Origin: Pyrinomonadaceae bacterium
GTDB lineage: Bacteria > Acidobacteriota > Blastocatellia > Pyrinomonadales > Pyrinomonadaceae
Direction: 5' to 3'
DNA: 64,000 bases
Assembly (NCBI GenBank): GCA_017983495.1
Contig: JAGOBH010000007.1
Coordinates: forward strand, 59,278-123,277
Shown piece by piece: positions 1 through 11,089 of this stretch. Within the stretch, counting starts at the first letter, position 1. Each line of letters begins with the position of its first letter. Under the pieces are notes generated by a model. It searched no databases. It saw nothing but the letters and a program-made list of their open reading frames with translations, and was not told the DNA's origin. The translations under genes were made by a program, and so were the position numbers.

Positions 1-387
1 CGAACCCCGAACAACTTTAGCCTGGGACGCGATCTGCCTCATCCGCGCATCCGCCGGGTCCTCGTCCTCGGGTGCGACGTCGTTGGCGAAACTATTCAAC
101 GTCAAGATCTTTTGGCTCGCGCTTTGGCAAAAATCCACTTCGACCGGTGTGACCTCGCCGTCCGCGATCCCGAAGAAAGGAAAGAGGTGAAACGCCAACG
201 TCTCGATCTGCGCCGGAACGGCACCATGGGAGGCCTCCGACATCTCGTCCGCCGGCCCCGTGCCCATCGCCAGCACCGTCGAGACGAAGAGCTTCTCCGC
301 GTCCACGCGACGGGCAATCTCTTCCAGCTTTTTGACGGCATCGCCGGCATCCGTCTTAAATGTTTCGATCAGGTCGACAAATTCCAT
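1..387 (-). CDS. hypothetical protein, N-terminal 129 codons; 3' end lies beyond the left edge
   Basis: Absent from the ORF track because no stop lies inside the window. ATG at 385-387 (minus) and the frame is open to base 1: MEFVDLIETFKTDAGDAVKKLEEIARRVDAEKLF... Composition is balanced and acidic with GC-rich third positions, unlike the Arg-rich listed ORFs 102-350(-) and 112-399(+). No family recognised. Confidence 0.5.
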   Translation of the reverse strand, partial: MEFVDLIETFKTDAGDAVKKLEEIARRVDAEKLFVSTVLAMGTGPADEMSEASHGAVPAQIETLAFHLFPFFGIADGEVTPVEVDFCQSASQKILTLNSFANDVAPEDEDPADARMRQIASQAKVVRGS

Positions 388-544
388 GGGGGCAGCTAAT
401 TGATCCGCATAACGTCATCATAACAAACTGGCCTTTCACCTCAGGTGATCCCGAACGATAAACAAGCTGAGGGTCAGATTTGCGATATTGTAATCCTCTA
501 ATAAAAATCGCAGAATCGCATTCCTAACCCCGATTCTCCTGATA

Positions 545-1630
545 TTACTCTATGAGGCTTCCATCGAACGGCTGATCCGTTCGCCAAGTGGACGATAGCA
601 TTTCATCGTGACGCCAGAGCGATACCCAAGGAGTATTTTCATAAGCAGGATGCCCGAGTATTTCGCCCAAAGTTCTTCTCGGGGTATTTGAGCCGAGCAT
701 GTCAATGAACACGGCGCTTTTCGCGTCAGTGGGCAACTGCGTGCGAGCCTCCTTGAGTAACCGCACCACAGCTCTACGGTAGGCTTGCGCCATCGAGAAA
801 GTCAGGCTCAAGAATATCGCGTCAGAGAGTCGAGTTGCTACAGGACCGACAGCGGCAGTTCCAACGGTCATCGATTCGCCTCGCGAGGTTCTGTCCGAAC
901 CTCGTTGGCACAGACTGACGGAGATATTGTTGCTGGACGAGGTAGTGCCGATGTAATTACCGGCTTTGACCGTCGCCGCGGCTTCCAAGATTAGCCGCTT
1001 AAAGTCCTTGTCGGCATTATTTGTTGTACCGGACTCGAGGAAAAAGTCGAGTCGTAAATCATCGGGCCACGGCCCGTAGTTTTGATATTCAGTTTGGATC
1101 CTCGCGAATAACCGGTTGGCCAAACGGGGTACCTTGCCACCGTTCACATCCAAGCGTTTGCATTCGCCGTAAAGCTGTCCTAGGTCCGTTTGCCAAAGAA
1201 ACTCGGGATATTTTTTCTTGCCTTTCACTTCAACCTCCGGCGAAAACTCAATATCCCTAAAAACTTTCCTTTCCACGCACCATCCCGCCACGGTGATTTC
1301 GAAAAATGTAGACGGGAATTCGTTCTTCAAGCCTTTGAGCAGCCTGTCATAGCCCTTATATGGGCGAAGCTTCATAATTGTCTTTGTCAGTCTAAGTATT
1401 CTCAAAATATCCGACCCGATCTGAGCTTTTCCATTTGCCCAAACGGTCATCGACCCGGCCCCATAGACCTCGTGGTTTCGTTGATCTGGAAACAGTCGCA
1501 GATAGTCATCCAGATATTCATCAATCAAGCCTCGGAGTTCCGCGTTGCCCTCGGCGGCAGTTTCGAGAAGCTGGACATCAGCGGTATTAGACAGATCGAT
1601 CTTTCTTTCTATGTTTAATTCAGGAATCAT
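545..1630 (-). CDS. hypothetical protein (361 aa, no recognised family)
   Basis: Long ORF with a non-repetitive protein-like sequence, visibly more AT-rich than its neighbours. The ATG at 1628-1630 abuts the T-tract of the groEL terminator and lacks a Shine-Dalgarno, so the start is uncertain. Segment YPEFLWQTDLGQLYGECKRL is only loosely PD-(D/E)xK-like. Confidence 0.6.
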   Translation of the reverse strand: MIPELNIERKIDLSNTADVQLLETAAEGNAELRGLIDEYLDDYLRLFPDQRNHEVYGAGSMTVWANGKAQIGSDILRILRLTKTIMKLRPYKGYDRLLKGLKNEFPSTFFEITVAGWCVERKVFRDIEFSPEVEVKGKKKYPEFLWQTDLGQLYGECKRLDVNGGKVPRLANRLFARIQTEYQNYGPWPDDLRLDFFLESGTTNNADKDFKRLILEAAATVKAGNYIGTTSSSNNISVSLCQRGSDRTSRGESMTVGTAAVGPVATRLSDAIFLSLTFSMAQAYRRAVVRLLKEARTQLPTDAKSAVFIDMLGSNTPRRTLGEILGHPAYENTPWVSLWRHDEMLSSTWRTDQPFDGSLIE

Positions 1631-1664
1631 AAAAGAAAAGGCTCCGCCCTTTCGAGCGAAGCCT
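1631..1664 (-). terminator. rho-independent terminator of groEL
   Basis: On the minus strand: GGCTTCGC-tcgaaag-GGCGGAGCC stem-loop followed by TTTTCTTTT, about 30 nt after the groEL stop. Confidence 0.6.
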
Positions 1665-1695
1665 TTGCACTAGCTAAGAGCTAAGCTCTGAGAAT

Positions 1696-3366
<1,671 letters not shown>

Positions 3367-3369
3367 TTA

Positions 3370-3442
3370 GTGGTCAGTGTTCGGTGGTCAGTGGTCAGAC
3401 TTCGGCCAAACCGGCCACTGTCCACTGACAACTGTCCACTGC
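3370..3442. repeat. REP-like hairpin in the groES-groEL spacer (GTCAGTGG family)
   Basis: GGTCAGTGGTCAG ... CTGTCCACTGAC imperfect inverted repeat around GGCC-aaacc-GGCC. The motif GTCAGTGG(A/T)CAGTGG..GGCCGGTT recurs inside nagA (28901-28937). Confidence 0.55.
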
Positions 3443-3757
3443 TTACGCTGCTGCTCCTGCGCGTGAAATGATGCCGAGGATCTCGTCTTCGCGCATGATG
3501 ATGAACTCGTCACCGTCAAGCTTGATCTCGGAGCCCGAGTATTTGCCGAAAAGAACGCGGTCGCCTGCTTTGACGTCCAACGCCTGACGGGTGCCGTCTT
3601 CTTTATACTTACCTGCGCCAGCGGCGATGACTTCGCCCTCTTGCGGCTTTTCCTTAGCGGTGTCCGGGATGAACAGTCCGCCGGCGGTCTGGTTAACGTT
3701 GTCTTCGATACGCTTGATGATCACTCGATCGTGAAGCGGTGTGATGTTTGTAGCCAT
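3443..3757 (-). CDS. groES: co-chaperonin GroES (Cpn10)
   Basis: ORF 3443-3811 trimmed to [20 protein letters not shown]... (ATG 3755-3757, GGAG about 11 nt upstream). Typical Cpn10 sequence, immediately upstream of groEL. Confidence 0.95.
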   Translation of the reverse strand: MATNITPLHDRVIIKRIEDNVNQTAGGLFIPDTAKEKPQEGEVIAAGAGKYKEDGTRQALDVKAGDRVLFGKYSGSEIKLDGDEFIIMREDEILGIISRAGAAA

Positions 3758-3832
3758 AACTGATTTACTCCTTTCCAAATAAATTGAGTCTGTTAAAATA
3801 ACTTTTCGCACCTATGGCCCTAAAACGCAGTT

Positions 3833-3859
3833 TTAGCACTCATAGAGCATGAGTGCTAG
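3833..3859 (-). promoter_or_regulatory. CIRCE operator (HrcA binding site)
   Basis: TTAGCACTC-N9-GAGTGCTAG matches the CIRCE consensus TTAGCACTC-N9-GAGTGCTAA at 17 of 18 positions. About 75 nt upstream of groES. Confidence 0.9.
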
Positions 3860-3887
3860 TATAGGCGAATCAAGACATTTGTGTCAA
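3858..3887 (-). promoter_or_regulatory. sigma70-type promoter of groESL
   Basis: Minus strand TTGACA (3882-3887), 18-nt spacer, TATACT (3858-3863). The -10 overlaps the CIRCE arm, which is the classic HrcA-repressed layout. Confidence 0.55.
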
Positions 3888-3913
3888 GTATTATCTCTGC
3901 GTGTTAAGAAAAT

Positions 3914-4219
3914 GTGATGATGGTGTTATCAAGTTTGAAAAGGTTCTTGGATCCGAAAGGTCACGAATTAGAATGCCGCTTATCAGATTTGATCGAGCGA
4001 GCGGTCGAATTTGGGCTACGAAGCGAGGACGCAGCAAGTGCGCGGGAGCTTTTAGAACATAATGAAGGCGGCCTGGCTCTCGATACTGTTTTGACTCAGC
4101 TGTATGAGTATTCTGTTCCCGTCGATAATAACTTCATTGAGGATTCATTAGCAATTGCCGTCTCAATGAAAATTGATCCGATCGCTTACAAGTTTATCTA
4201 CGAGCAATTACCAAAATGA
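3914..4219 (+). CDS. small protein resembling MafI-family immunity proteins
   Basis: 101 aa. ...ARELLEHNEGGLALDTVLTQLYEYSVPV... resembles the HNE-x-GLAL....QLYEY core I associate with MafI-type immunity proteins (recollection, not a search). Stop overlaps the next start (ATGA at 4216). Confidence 0.5.
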   Translation: MMMVLSSLKRFLDPKGHELECRLSDLIERAVEFGLRSEDAASARELLEHNEGGLALDTVLTQLYEYSVPVDNNFIEDSLAIAVSMKIDPIAYKFIYEQLPK

Positions 4220-5094
4220 AAATCTCTGAGATCAATATTTATCCGATCAAATCGCTGAAGGGAATCAGTGTTGATTCGGCCGTCGTCGAGGCTCGTGGGT
4301 TGGAATACGACCGGCGTTGGATGCTGACGGACCGGGCAGGGAAGTTCCTGACGCAGCGTGAGTTTCCGCGGATGGCTCTCGTCTCAGTTTGGATCGAAGA
4401 GGGCGGTATCGGTGCGGCGGCCGAGGGATTTGGCGAAGCGTTCATCCCGCGTTTGCCTGAGATCATGAACCGCCAGCTGGTGACGATCTGGGACAGCGTC
4501 TGCGAAGGCGAGGTGCATTCGCCGGTGTTGAACGAATGGTTCAGCGACGTTATCGGTACCGATTGCCAACTTGTCTATATGCCCGACGGTTCGCGGCGTG
4601 ACGTTAGCTCACGATTTAACCAGGGCTCGGACATTGTGAGCTTTGCCGACGGTTTTCCGCTGCTCCTGATCAGCGAAGCGTCACTGGCGGACCTAAATGA
4701 ACGGATCCTAGCAAACGCAGAAGATGCGGACAATAGTGTCCGCCCTCCGTTGCCGATGAACCGGTTTCGGCCGAATCTTGTAGTTTCCGGGGCCGAGGCG
4801 TTTGCCGAGGACGATTGGAAAACGATCCGCGTCGGCGATGCGTCATTTCGCTCGACCAAACCATGTGCGAGATGTGTGATAACCACTATAGATCAGGCCC
4901 GCGGTGAGTTTGACGGCAAGGAACCGCTCAGGACGCTCGCCACTTATCGAATGGCGAAAGACGTGATCCCCAATCGTTTAGTAGCGCTGGGCATGAACGA
5001 AACTGCGGTGTTGTTCGGCCAGAATCTGATCGGTGAAAGTCCCGGTCAAATTCTTATGGTCGGAGATGAATTGACGGTAACCGCACGTTACTAG
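4216..5094 (+). CDS. MOSC domain-containing protein (YcbX-like, no ferredoxin domain)
   Basis: MKISEINIYPIKSLKGISV...YDRRWMLTD (MOSC N-terminal beta-barrel) and ...FRSTKPCARCVITTIDQ (conserved MOSC cysteine). Confidence 0.85.
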   Translation: MKISEINIYPIKSLKGISVDSAVVEARGLEYDRRWMLTDRAGKFLTQREFPRMALVSVWIEEGGIGAAAEGFGEAFIPRLPEIMNRQLVTIWDSVCEGEVHSPVLNEWFSDVIGTDCQLVYMPDGSRRDVSSRFNQGSDIVSFADGFPLLLISEASLADLNERILANAEDADNSVRPPLPMNRFRPNLVVSGAEAFAEDDWKTIRVGDASFRSTKPCARCVITTIDQARGEFDGKEPLRTLATYRMAKDVIPNRLVALGMNETAVLFGQNLIGESPGQILMVGDELTVTARY

Positions 5095-5990
5095 TCCAGG
5101 CCGCGGCCGGTCAACAGCTCAAGTGCCTTTGTATACCGTTCTGTGGTTGCCTCAGCAACTGCAGCCGGAAGCGGCGGTGCGGGCGGAGTTTTGCCCCAAT
5201 CGAGCGTCTCGAGATATTCGCGGACAAACTGCTTGTCGAATGACGGCTGAGCGTGGCCGGGTTCGTACGTTGAGGCATCCCAAAAACGCGAACTGTCGGG
5301 CGTGAGGGCTTCGTCGATCAGGATAACGTTTCCCTTGGTGTCCGTGCCGAATTCAAATTTGGTATCGGCGATGATGATGCCCTTCGAGAGAGCATACTCA
5401 CTAGCTTTTTTGTAGATCGCAATAGTCCGCGACTTAAGGTCCGCGGCGGTGTCGTGGCCAACGACACGTGCGAATTCGAGCTGTGTGATGTTCTCGTCGT
5501 GCCATGCGGCGGCCTTGGTCGAAGGCGTAAAGATCGGCGAAAGCAGCTTGTCGCACTGCTTCAGGCCGGGCGGGAGTTTGTGTCCGCAGACCATCCCGGT
5601 CGTTTGATAGTCCTTCCAACCGGAGCCCTCAAGATACCCACGGATGACGCATTCGACCGGGAAAACCTTGGTTCGCTTGACCAGCATTGAGCGGCCGCGA
5701 AGCTCTTCGTGCGAACGAATGGGCTCGGGCATCTGATCCAGTTCGGCGGTGATCAGGTGGTTGTCGGTGATGTCTGACAAATAATCGAACCAGAATTTGG
5801 AGAGCGTGGTCAGAACGACGCCCTTATTCCTGATCGGCGTAGGCAGCACACAGTCGAACGCAGAAAGCCGGTCGGTCGCAACCAGCAACAGGCGTTCGTC
5901 GTCGACGACGTACACATCGCGCACCTTGCCGCGATGTAACAATTCGAGTCCTTCAATTTCGGAATTTATGATTATCGGTGAATCAGGCAT
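5091..5990 (-). CDS. purC: phosphoribosylaminoimidazole-succinocarboxamide (SAICAR) synthase
   Basis: ORF 5091-6083 trimmed to MPDSPIIINSEIEGLELLHRGKVRDVY (ATG 5988-5990). Motifs GKVRD, ATDRLSAFD and IIADTKFEFG. Confidence 0.93.
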   Translation of the reverse strand: MPDSPIIINSEIEGLELLHRGKVRDVYVVDDERLLLVATDRLSAFDCVLPTPIRNKGVVLTTLSKFWFDYLSDITDNHLITAELDQMPEPIRSHEELRGRSMLVKRTKVFPVECVIRGYLEGSGWKDYQTTGMVCGHKLPPGLKQCDKLLSPIFTPSTKAAAWHDENITQLEFARVVGHDTAADLKSRTIAIYKKASEYALSKGIIIADTKFEFGTDTKGNVILIDEALTPDSSRFWDASTYEPGHAQPSFDKQFVREYLETLDWGKTPPAPPLPAAVAEATTERYTKALELLTGRGLD

Positions 5991-6249
5991 TTGAGATCCT
6001 ACGTAAAAGCGAAAGTAAATGATAATACTATTAGAAAGAAGGTCGCCATTCCAGAAAGCAGAAAATTGAAAATTCTGGAACAATCAAATTGTTGCAACTG
6101 TTATAACAACGTTGATACTAGTGATGACAATCCCGAAGAAATCGTGCATAATAATGGATGGGTTACGCAGATGCGCAGCCTTCTCTCGTCGGCCACTCTC
6201 ATCTAGCATCTCGCCGAGCCTTGTCTTTCTTCCATTCAAGTATAATCCG

Positions 6250-7491
6250 ATGAATCGTCATATCCCTTTAAGTCGTCGAATTGGTCCGCTAATAGGCTCA
6301 TTTTTATTGTCCGCTGTTTCGGTTTCGGCACAGACCGCTTTGGAAAGGGAGCGTGCTCTGGTTGACTCATCCGGCGACCGTTGGTTCTATACGCTAGTAT
6401 TCGTTGGTGCCGCGTTGTTGGTGGGAGCGTTCATCCTGTGGCGACGAAACAAAAAAGCAGGTGGGGAAAAGCAATTTGAATTTAAGAATCGGCATCAGGA
6501 ACGTTTGTCGACATATGATAGCGGGTATCACGGAGTTGATGGAGACAAAGAGCTTGAATGGTTTCGAAAAAAGAAACGACCTGCTCCAAAATCGGCTTCG
6601 ACACCAGATCTTTCTCCGGTAGCAGCAGCGAGCCGAAATCGACGGGATCGCGACCGAACACCGTTGGTAGTGCCGGTTGATGATAACGGAGCAAGCCTAC
6701 AGGCAGAAACAAAGGCGTTTCAGGAAAGGATGAAACGGCTACAGTTCGCTCAATTACCAATCAATTCTTTTTTGAAGTTGACTGAGGCACGCTCATTTGA
6801 ACAGTTACCGTTGTCACCCGATCCTGCACTTATAAGTGCGATAGAACAAGTCAATGAAGAGTTTGAAGAAGATGAGGCGATTCGCGAGTTGGCCTTGAGA
6901 ATTTTGGCGGCTTTCAAAGCTCGAAATTCGGTCGAGGCCGTTTCGCAAATCGCGTTATATGACCTGTCAGCCAACATCAGATCGAAGGCGGTAGCAACGC
7001 TGACCGATTTTGATCATGAATCGGTTTTTGAGGCTATATTACTGGCATGTGCTGATCCGACTCGTGAAGTTCGCGCCGCTGCGGCTCGCGGACTGTTTCG
7101 TCTCAGTTTTGACCGGGCCGAAGCGTGGAAGCGTTTGATCGCAACTAACGACGATTTTCGCATGAGTCAAGCTGCCCGGGCCGCTGTGGAATCCGGCATC
7201 GTTGTGAAGTCGTTTGATCGACTGTTGCACGAAGATATGCGGATCGCCTACGAGGCATTTGCATTGGTGGGTATGCTGCTCCGTTCGGGCGAGACCGAGC
7301 AAATCTTCGAGGCGATCGAAAATCACCAGGACGAGCGCGTTAAATTCGCGCTGCTGCATGTGATCAAGGTCGTTCGCGACGAGGATGCGGCTAAAACTCT
7401 GACCGAAATGATCAGGGGAGGTAATATCTCGGGTGAGGTTGCGGAGCGTGCTGCCGAGGTCATTACATCTATCGACACCGTTACTGCATAA
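6250..7491 (+). CDS. membrane-anchored HEAT-repeat protein
   Basis: ORF 6112-7491 trimmed to MNRHIPLSRRIGPLIGSFLLSAVSVSAQ (ATG 6250). Signal sequence plus a second TM, a charged linker, then Ala/Leu-rich HEAT-like repeats (IRSKAVATL, VRAAAARGL). Confidence 0.7.
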   Translation: MNRHIPLSRRIGPLIGSFLLSAVSVSAQTALERERALVDSSGDRWFYTLVFVGAALLVGAFILWRRNKKAGGEKQFEFKNRHQERLSTYDSGYHGVDGDKELEWFRKKKRPAPKSASTPDLSPVAAASRNRRDRDRTPLVVPVDDNGASLQAETKAFQERMKRLQFAQLPINSFLKLTEARSFEQLPLSPDPALISAIEQVNEEFEEDEAIRELALRILAAFKARNSVEAVSQIALYDLSANIRSKAVATLTDFDHESVFEAILLACADPTREVRAAAARGLFRLSFDRAEAWKRLIATNDDFRMSQAARAAVESGIVVKSFDRLLHEDMRIAYEAFALVGMLLRSGETEQIFEAIENHQDERVKFALLHVIKVVRDEDAAKTLTEMIRGGNISGEVAERAAEVITSIDTVTA

Positions 7492-7553
7492 AACGCCGCG
7501 ATTCTATCAATCCAGACTTTAAAATATTGCATTCCTTGATCTAAGATTAAGGA

Positions 7554-9542
7554 ATGCAATTTCGTCTCATTTCTGAAAATACCCCGAAAGGCGATCAACC
7601 AGAAGCCATCGAGCAGCTCGTGGCGAACATCGACGCTGGGGTTAAGGATCAGGTGCTGCTCGGCATTACCGGAAGCGGAAAGACATTCACAATTGCCAAT
7701 CTTATCGAGCGTACCCAACGGCCGACTTTAGTTCTCGCTCATAATAAGACGCTGGCCGCCCAGCTTTATCAGGAGTTCAAATCGTTCTTTCCGGAGAACG
7801 CGGTCGAGTATTTTGTTTCCTATTACGATTACTACCAGCCTGAGGCATATGTTCCCGCGGCAGACCTATACATAGAAAAAGAAGCGACTATCAACGAGGA
7901 GATCGACCGGCTCCGGCTCTCGGCAACGAGAGCACTTTTCGAGCGCCGTGATGTGATCGTCGTCGCGTCGGTTTCGTGTATTTATGGTCTTGGTGATCCG
8001 GACGCGTATTTCGGGATGCTATTGTTCATCGAGCCTGGAATGAAACTCAAGCGTGAGGAGTTTCTGCAAAAGCTTGTCGAACTGCAATACGAACGCGTCA
8101 ACATCGACTTTGAGCGTGGTGTGTTTCGGGTTCGAGGCGATGTGGTCGAATTGTATCCAAGCTATCAGGATATGGCTTATCGGATCGAGTTTTGGGGAGA
8201 CGAGATCGACGCGATCTACACGATAGATCCGCTTCTTGGCGAAGTCGTCAAGAAACACGATTCTCGTTTGCCGATCTACCCAAAGACACACTATGTGATG
8301 TCGAAACCCGTGATCAAGCGGGCGGTGCAGACGATCCGTGCCGAACTGGATAAGCACGAAGAGTTTCTCGTATCTGAGGGAAAGATCGTTGAAGCTCAGC
8401 GATTGCACCAGCGAACGATGTACGACCTTGAGATGATCAAGGAAATGGGATTTTGCCGCGGTATCGAAAACTATTCGAGGCATCTGACGGGTAAGGCTCC
8501 CGGCGAACCGCCGCCGACGCTGCTCGACTATCTGCCGTCGAACGCTCTGATGGTGATCGACGAATCGCACCAAACGATCCCGCAGTTAGGAGCGATGTTC
8601 AAGGGCGATCAAAGCCGCAAAGGAACGCTTGTCGAATATGGATTTCGGCTTCCAAGTGCGAGGGACAACAGGCCGCTTAATTTTCAGGAGTTTGAAGGCC
8701 GTATCGGCCAGACCATTTACGTCTCAGCTACACCGGGCCCATATGAACTTACCAAGACGGGCGGCGAGGTGATCGAACAGATCATTCGTCCGACCGGACT
8801 GTTAGATCCGGTGGTCGAGGTTCGGCCTGTGAAAGGCCAGATCGATGATCTGCTGGAAGAGTGCCGGCTTCGAGCAGAGCGAAACGAACGTGTACTTGTT
8901 ACAACTCTCACCAAACGTATGGCCGAGAATCTGAGCGAGTATTTTGCCGAGGTTGGTGTAAAGGTCAGCTATTTGCACAGCGATATTCACACTCTGGATC
9001 GGATCAAGATCTTGCGCGATCTGCGGCGTGGTGAGTTTGACGTACTGGTCGGCATTAACTTACTTCGTGAAGGGCTCGATTTGCCGGAGGTATCGCTGGT
9101 CGCGATCCTGGATGCTGATAAGGAAGGCTTTCTTCGGTCCGAACGATCTTTGATCCAGACAATGGGCCGGGCGGCACGAAATGCCGGCGGCAAGGCAATA
9201 CTCTACGCGGACAAGATCACAAAATCGATGGAGTACGCCATCAGCGAGACGACTCGCCGCCGCAAGATCCAGGAAGAGTACAACACCGAGCACGGTATTA
9301 CTCCGACGACAATTATCAAATCGATAGACGCCACGTTGGTCACTGCGTACGAGGCTGATTATTTCAAGATCCCGCTCGATCTCGACGCGTTCGAAGAATA
9401 CTCGCCAAAGCAGCTAAAAGAGACGATGCAGCAGATCGAGGCAGATATGCGTAATGCAGCCAAGGAAATGAAATTTGAGCAGGCGGCGGAGTTGCGTGAC
9501 AAGCTCAAGTACCTTCGCGAACGCGAACTCACCGTTCGCTAG
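7554..9542 (+). CDS. uvrB: excinuclease ABC subunit B
   Basis: 662 aa. Walker [11 protein letters not shown], helicase motifs, and a C-terminal UVR domain ([16 protein letters not shown]). Confidence 0.98.
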   Translation: MQFRLISENTPKGDQPEAIEQLVANIDAGVKDQVLLGITGSGKTFTIANLIERTQRPTLVLAHNKTLAAQLYQEFKSFFPENAVEYFVSYYDYYQPEAYVPAADLYIEKEATINEEIDRLRLSATRALFERRDVIVVASVSCIYGLGDPDAYFGMLLFIEPGMKLKREEFLQKLVELQYERVNIDFERGVFRVRGDVVELYPSYQDMAYRIEFWGDEIDAIYTIDPLLGEVVKKHDSRLPIYPKTHYVMSKPVIKRAVQTIRAELDKHEEFLVSEGKIVEAQRLHQRTMYDLEMIKEMGFCRGIENYSRHLTGKAPGEPPPTLLDYLPSNALMVIDESHQTIPQLGAMFKGDQSRKGTLVEYGFRLPSARDNRPLNFQEFEGRIGQTIYVSATPGPYELTKTGGEVIEQIIRPTGLLDPVVEVRPVKGQIDDLLEECRLRAERNERVLVTTLTKRMAENLSEYFAEVGVKVSYLHSDIHTLDRIKILRDLRRGEFDVLVGINLLREGLDLPEVSLVAILDADKEGFLRSERSLIQTMGRAARNAGGKAILYADKITKSMEYAISETTRRRKIQEEYNTEHGITPTTIIKSIDATLVTAYEADYFKIPLDLDAFEEYSPKQLKETMQQIEADMRNAAKEMKFEQAAELRDKLKYLRERELTVR

Positions 9543-9585
9543 GCGGCGTTTCAAACGACAATGATCATCCTGTATAATCGAGGGC

Positions 9586-11076
9586 ATGCAAGTTAAGACG
9601 CAGCCCGAAGATCTGCAGGACTACATTACCGATGCGAGCAACCTTCAGGGCGGGCACGCCGAAAAGCTATTTATCCCCGACACGACGGAAGAAGTCTCGA
9701 AAATTCTAAGAGAAGCGAATAGTGCAAAGATCCCGGTTACAATCGCCGGGGCACGAACCGGAACGGTCGGTGGGGCGATCCCGTTTGGCGGAATAGTGAT
9801 CTCCCTTGAACGGTTCAATAAGATCGGCGCGGTCGATAGATCGGAAAGCCGGATCACTGTTGGGGCGGGTGTTTTGCTTGCGGATCTTCAAAAAGCAGTC
9901 GATGCCGAAGGTTTGTTCTACCCGCCGGATCCGACCGAATGGAGTTGTCAGATCGGCGGCACTGTGGCGACGAATGCATCCGGAGCTCGAAGCTTTAAGT
10001 ACGGTGCGACGCGATCATTTGTAGCACGACTGAAGATCGTGCTGCCAAGCGGCAGTATACTCGATATTCGCCGAGGTGAATGCGTCGCGACTGACGATAC
10101 CCTGAGGCTGCCTAACGGAGCGGGAAGCGAACATGTTGTCAAAGTACCTACCTATTCCCGCCCGAATGTACGAAAGAACGTCAGCGGTTATTTCAACGAA
10201 CAGCCGCTCGATGCGATCGATCTGTTTATTGGGAGCGAAGGCACGCTCGGCGTGGTCACTGAGATCGAACTGACCTTGCTTAAAAAGCCCGAAGGATTTT
10301 TTAGCGGTATAGTTTTTTTCGGTGAGGAAAGTGATCTCTTGGCGTTTGTGGATGAGGCAAAGGCCGGGTCATTTGAGTCTCGCAGGCAGGCCTCAGGAGT
10401 TCCGTCCATTGACGCCTCATTGATCGAGTATTTTGACGACCGTGCTTTGAAATTTATCTCAGAGAAGTTTCCGGATACGCCAGTCGACGCGGCCGGTGCA
10501 GTATTTTTTGAGCAGGACACCACCCCGCAAAACGAGGATGCTTTGCTGGAGGCCTGGAATGCACTATTTGAAAAGCACAAAGCCGATCTTGAACGTTCGT
10601 GGTTTACGACGAATGAGCAGGACATGGAGAAAATGCGGGAGTTTCGTCATGCATTGCCGGTGAGCGTTAACGAACGGATCACAAAATACAAGCAGCGAAA
10701 GGTTGGTACGGATATGGCCGTGCCGGACGAGAATTTCTCTGCGTTCCTGACGTTTTATAAACAAACTCTGGATGCCAGTGGGCTTGACTACGTGATCTTC
10801 GGACACATCGGCGATTGCCATCTGCACGCCAATATGCTGCCCAAGGACGATGCCGAAGCCGAAAAGGCACGGCACATATACGGTCGGTGCGTTGCGCAGG
10901 CGATAATGCTCGGCGGCACAGTTTCGGCGGAACACGGCATCGGGAAGCTAAAGCGAAAATATCTGTCTGCGATGATGGGAGAGCGTTATCTGAATGAAAT
11001 GGCTGAGCTAAAGCGTGCATTTGACCCCAACGGCATTTTGAGCCGCGGGAATATGTTCGACGAAAGCTATCTATAA
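9586..11076 (+). CDS. FAD-linked oxidase (GlcD / D-lactate dehydrogenase family)
   Basis: FAD-binding PCMH-type N-terminus (IPVTIAGARTGTVGGAIP) and C-terminal FGHIGDCHLH and SAEHGIGKLK motifs. Confidence 0.85.
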   Translation: MQVKTQPEDLQDYITDASNLQGGHAEKLFIPDTTEEVSKILREANSAKIPVTIAGARTGTVGGAIPFGGIVISLERFNKIGAVDRSESRITVGAGVLLADLQKAVDAEGLFYPPDPTEWSCQIGGTVATNASGARSFKYGATRSFVARLKIVLPSGSILDIRRGECVATDDTLRLPNGAGSEHVVKVPTYSRPNVRKNVSGYFNEQPLDAIDLFIGSEGTLGVVTEIELTLLKKPEGFFSGIVFFGEESDLLAFVDEAKAGSFESRRQASGVPSIDASLIEYFDDRALKFISEKFPDTPVDAAGAVFFEQDTTPQNEDALLEAWNALFEKHKADLERSWFTTNEQDMEKMREFRHALPVSVNERITKYKQRKVGTDMAVPDENFSAFLTFYKQTLDASGLDYVIFGHIGDCHLHANMLPKDDAEAEKARHIYGRCVAQAIMLGGTVSAEHGIGKLKRKYLSAMMGERYLNEMAELKRAFDPNGILSRGNMFDESYL

Positions 11077-11089
11077 ATAAAGGCAAAAT

